Assembly (NCBI GenBank): GCA_029260135.1
Contig: JAJDDV010000125.1
Span: 11,185-75,184, forward strand
Origin: Phycisphaerae bacterium
GTDB taxonomy: Bacteria; Planctomycetota; Phycisphaerae; UBA1845
Direction: 5' to 3'
Length of the DNA: 64,000 nt
Below, piece after piece: positions 62,292 to 64,000 of this stretch (position 1 is its first letter; each line of letters starts with the position of its first letter). Below the pieces are notes generated by a model. The model was not told the DNA's origin and made no database searches. It saw nothing but the letters and a program-made list of their open reading frames with translations. The translations under genes and the position numbers were made by a program.

Positions 62292-64000
62292 CTACCGGGC
62301 AGAGGTAGCCGCCTCCGACACCGCCCCCGGTTTCGCGTCCCCCTTGCCGTTGGACGAATACGGCGCCGCCAGGCGTTCGTAGGCCTTCCATCGCTCCGTC
62401 ACTTCCGCCTGCGCCTCCGACGCAAGCGTCGCTGCATGCTCCGGCTGAGACTTCATGAGGATCTTGAAACGGTTCTCCGACTCAAGGTAGGTCTTGATGG
62501 GCAGCTTCGGCGCCCGAGAGTCCAGTTGCAGCGGATTCGCACCGGTCTGGGCACGACGGGGGTCATAGCGATAGAGCAGCCAGTGACCACTGTCGACAGC
62601 CACCTTCTGTTGGCTCAAACCCGCCCTCATATCGATACCGTGCGCGATGCAATGGGAATAGGCGATGACGATCGAAGGCCCATCATAGCTCTCCGCTTCG
62701 ACAATCGCCTTGACCGTCTGATTGTCGCTCGCGCCCATCGCGATCTGCGCGACGTAGACGTTCCGGTAGCTCATCGCCAGAAGCCCCAGATCCTTCTTGC
62801 CTGCGGGCTTTCCGCCCGACGCGAACTTCGCCACCGCCCCGCGCGGCGTGGCCTTGGACATCTGCCCGCCGGTGTTGGAGTAGACCTCGGTATCGAGCAC
62901 GAGCAGATTGACATTGGCACCCGAAGCCAGCACATGATCGAGCCCGCCGTATCCGATGTCATACGCCCAGCCGTCTCCGCCCATGATCCAGACGCTTCGC
63001 CGCAGGAGCGAGTCCGCCACACTGTGAAGATTGAAACTCTCCGGCGTGTCGATCTTCTCGAGCTTCGCCTTCAGCTCCGCCACGCACTTCCGCTGTACAA
63101 GGATACCGGCTTCGTTCGACTCGTCCGCCTGGAGAATCGCCCCAGCGAGATCAGGACCGATCCGGTCCGCCATCTTCTGCAACAACTCGATCGCAAACGC
63201 CCGCTGTTTGTCGATCGCGAGTCGGAACCCCATCCCGAACTCCGCGTTGTCCTCGAACAGCGAGTTCGACCAGGTCGGACCGCGCCCGTCTCGGTTCGTC
63301 GCCCAAGGCGTCGTCGGAAGATTCCCGCCGTAAATCGATGAACACCCGGTCGCGTTCGCGATCACCGCACGGTCGCCATACAACTGGCTGACCAGCTTGA
63401 CGTACGGCGTCTCGCCGCACGCCGCACAGGCGCCCGAGTACTCGAAGAGCGGCAACAAAAACTGTGAGCCCTTGACCGTATCCACCTTGAGCTTTGTGCG
63501 ATCGAACTCCGGTAGTCCGAGGAAGAACCGGTAGTTCTCGCGCTCCTTGTCGCGAAGGGGCGGTTGCGGTTCCATATTGATGGCCTTACGGCTCGTGTCG
63601 GACTTGTTCTTGGCCGGACACACCTCCACGCAAAGGTTACACCCGGTGCAATCCTCCGGCGCCACCTGAATCGTGAACTGAAGCCCCTTGTACTCCCCAC
63701 CGCGGGCCTCGCACGACTGGAACGACGACGGCGCGCCGCCCAAGCTGTCCGACTCGTAGACGTTCGCCCGAATCGCGGCGTGCGGGCAGACCAATACACA
63801 CTTGTTGCACTGGATGCACACAGGCGGATCCCACACGGGAATCTCGAGTGCGATGTTCCGCTTCTCCCATTGCGCCGTGTGCGTCGGGAACGTACCATCC
63901 GCCGGAAGAGCGCTGACCGGCAGGTCATCGCCTGCCCCGCGAATCATCGTGGCCGTAACCTCGCGGACGAACGCCGGCGCCTCTTCCGACACCACCGGGG
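62292..64000 (-). CDS. nifJ: Pyruvate:ferredoxin (flavodoxin) oxidoreductase, 3' part; 5' end lies beyond the window
   Basis: WEKRNIA, two CxxCxxCxxxCP ferredoxin motifs, SGACAACGE, NATGCSSIYG, GGDGWAYDIG, DTEVYSNTGGQ. Confidence 0.96.
   Translation of the reverse strand, partial: PVVSEEAPAFVREVTATMIRGAGDDLPVSALPADGTFPTHTAQWEKRNIALEIPVWDPPVCIQCNKCVLVCPHAAIRANVYESDSLGGAPSSFQSCEARGGEYKGLQFTIQVAPEDCTGCNLCVEVCPAKNKSDTSRKAINMEPQPPLRDKERENYRFFLGLPEFDRTKLKVDTVKGSQFLLPLFEYSGACAACGETPYVKLVSQLYGDRAVIANATGCSSIYGGNLPTTPWATNRDGRGPTWSNSLFEDNAEFGMGFRLAIDKQRAFAIELLQKMADRIGPDLAGAILQADESNEAGILVQRKCVAELKAKLEKIDTPESFNLHSVADSLLRRSVWIMGGDGWAYDIGYGGLDHVLASGANVNLLVLDTEVYSNTGGQMSKATPRGAVAKFASGGKPAGKKDLGLLAMSYRNVYVAQIAMGASDNQTVKAIVEAESYDGPSIVIAYSHCIAHGIDMRAGLSQQKVAVDSGHWLLYRYDPRRAQTGANPLQLDSRAPKLPIKTYLESENRFKILMKSQPEHAATLASEAQAEVTERWKAYERLAAPYSSNGKGDAKPGAVSEAATSAR

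Overview
High-GC bacterial chromosomal window. It most resembles a Planctomycetota (Phycisphaerae-like) genome, inferred from a dockerin-like DxDGDVDLxD tail, an IPTL-CTERM tail and the repeat families. Most of it is housekeeping and envelope genes: rpmI-rplT, rplU, tilS, a 2-oxoacid dehydrogenase E1a/E1b/E2/E3 cluster, a phosphohexomutase, yidC, tsaB, thiE, prkA-yeaH-spoVR, an MlaEFD-type ABC transporter, ahpC, yggS, tdk, pyrK, tgt-yajC and the 3' part of pyruvate:ferredoxin oxidoreductase. There are also several secreted accessory proteins. Three things stand out. (i) A 39-CxxCH electron-transfer locus at 54042-61930: two CbcL-like multiheme/cytochrome b fusions (19 and 11 hemes) downstream of PFOR, converging on a 9-heme lipoprotein with a Cys-rich/Ig stalk. 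(ii) A lower-GC TSP3/YD-repeat gene with its own promoter, bracketed by two 90-bp direct repeats (37113-40594). (iii) Mosaic clusters of several REP-like palindrome families, mostly just downstream of genes and often between convergent genes. I found no tRNA, rRNA, CRISPR array, integrase or transposase. All assignments come from reading motifs by eye, with no database searches.
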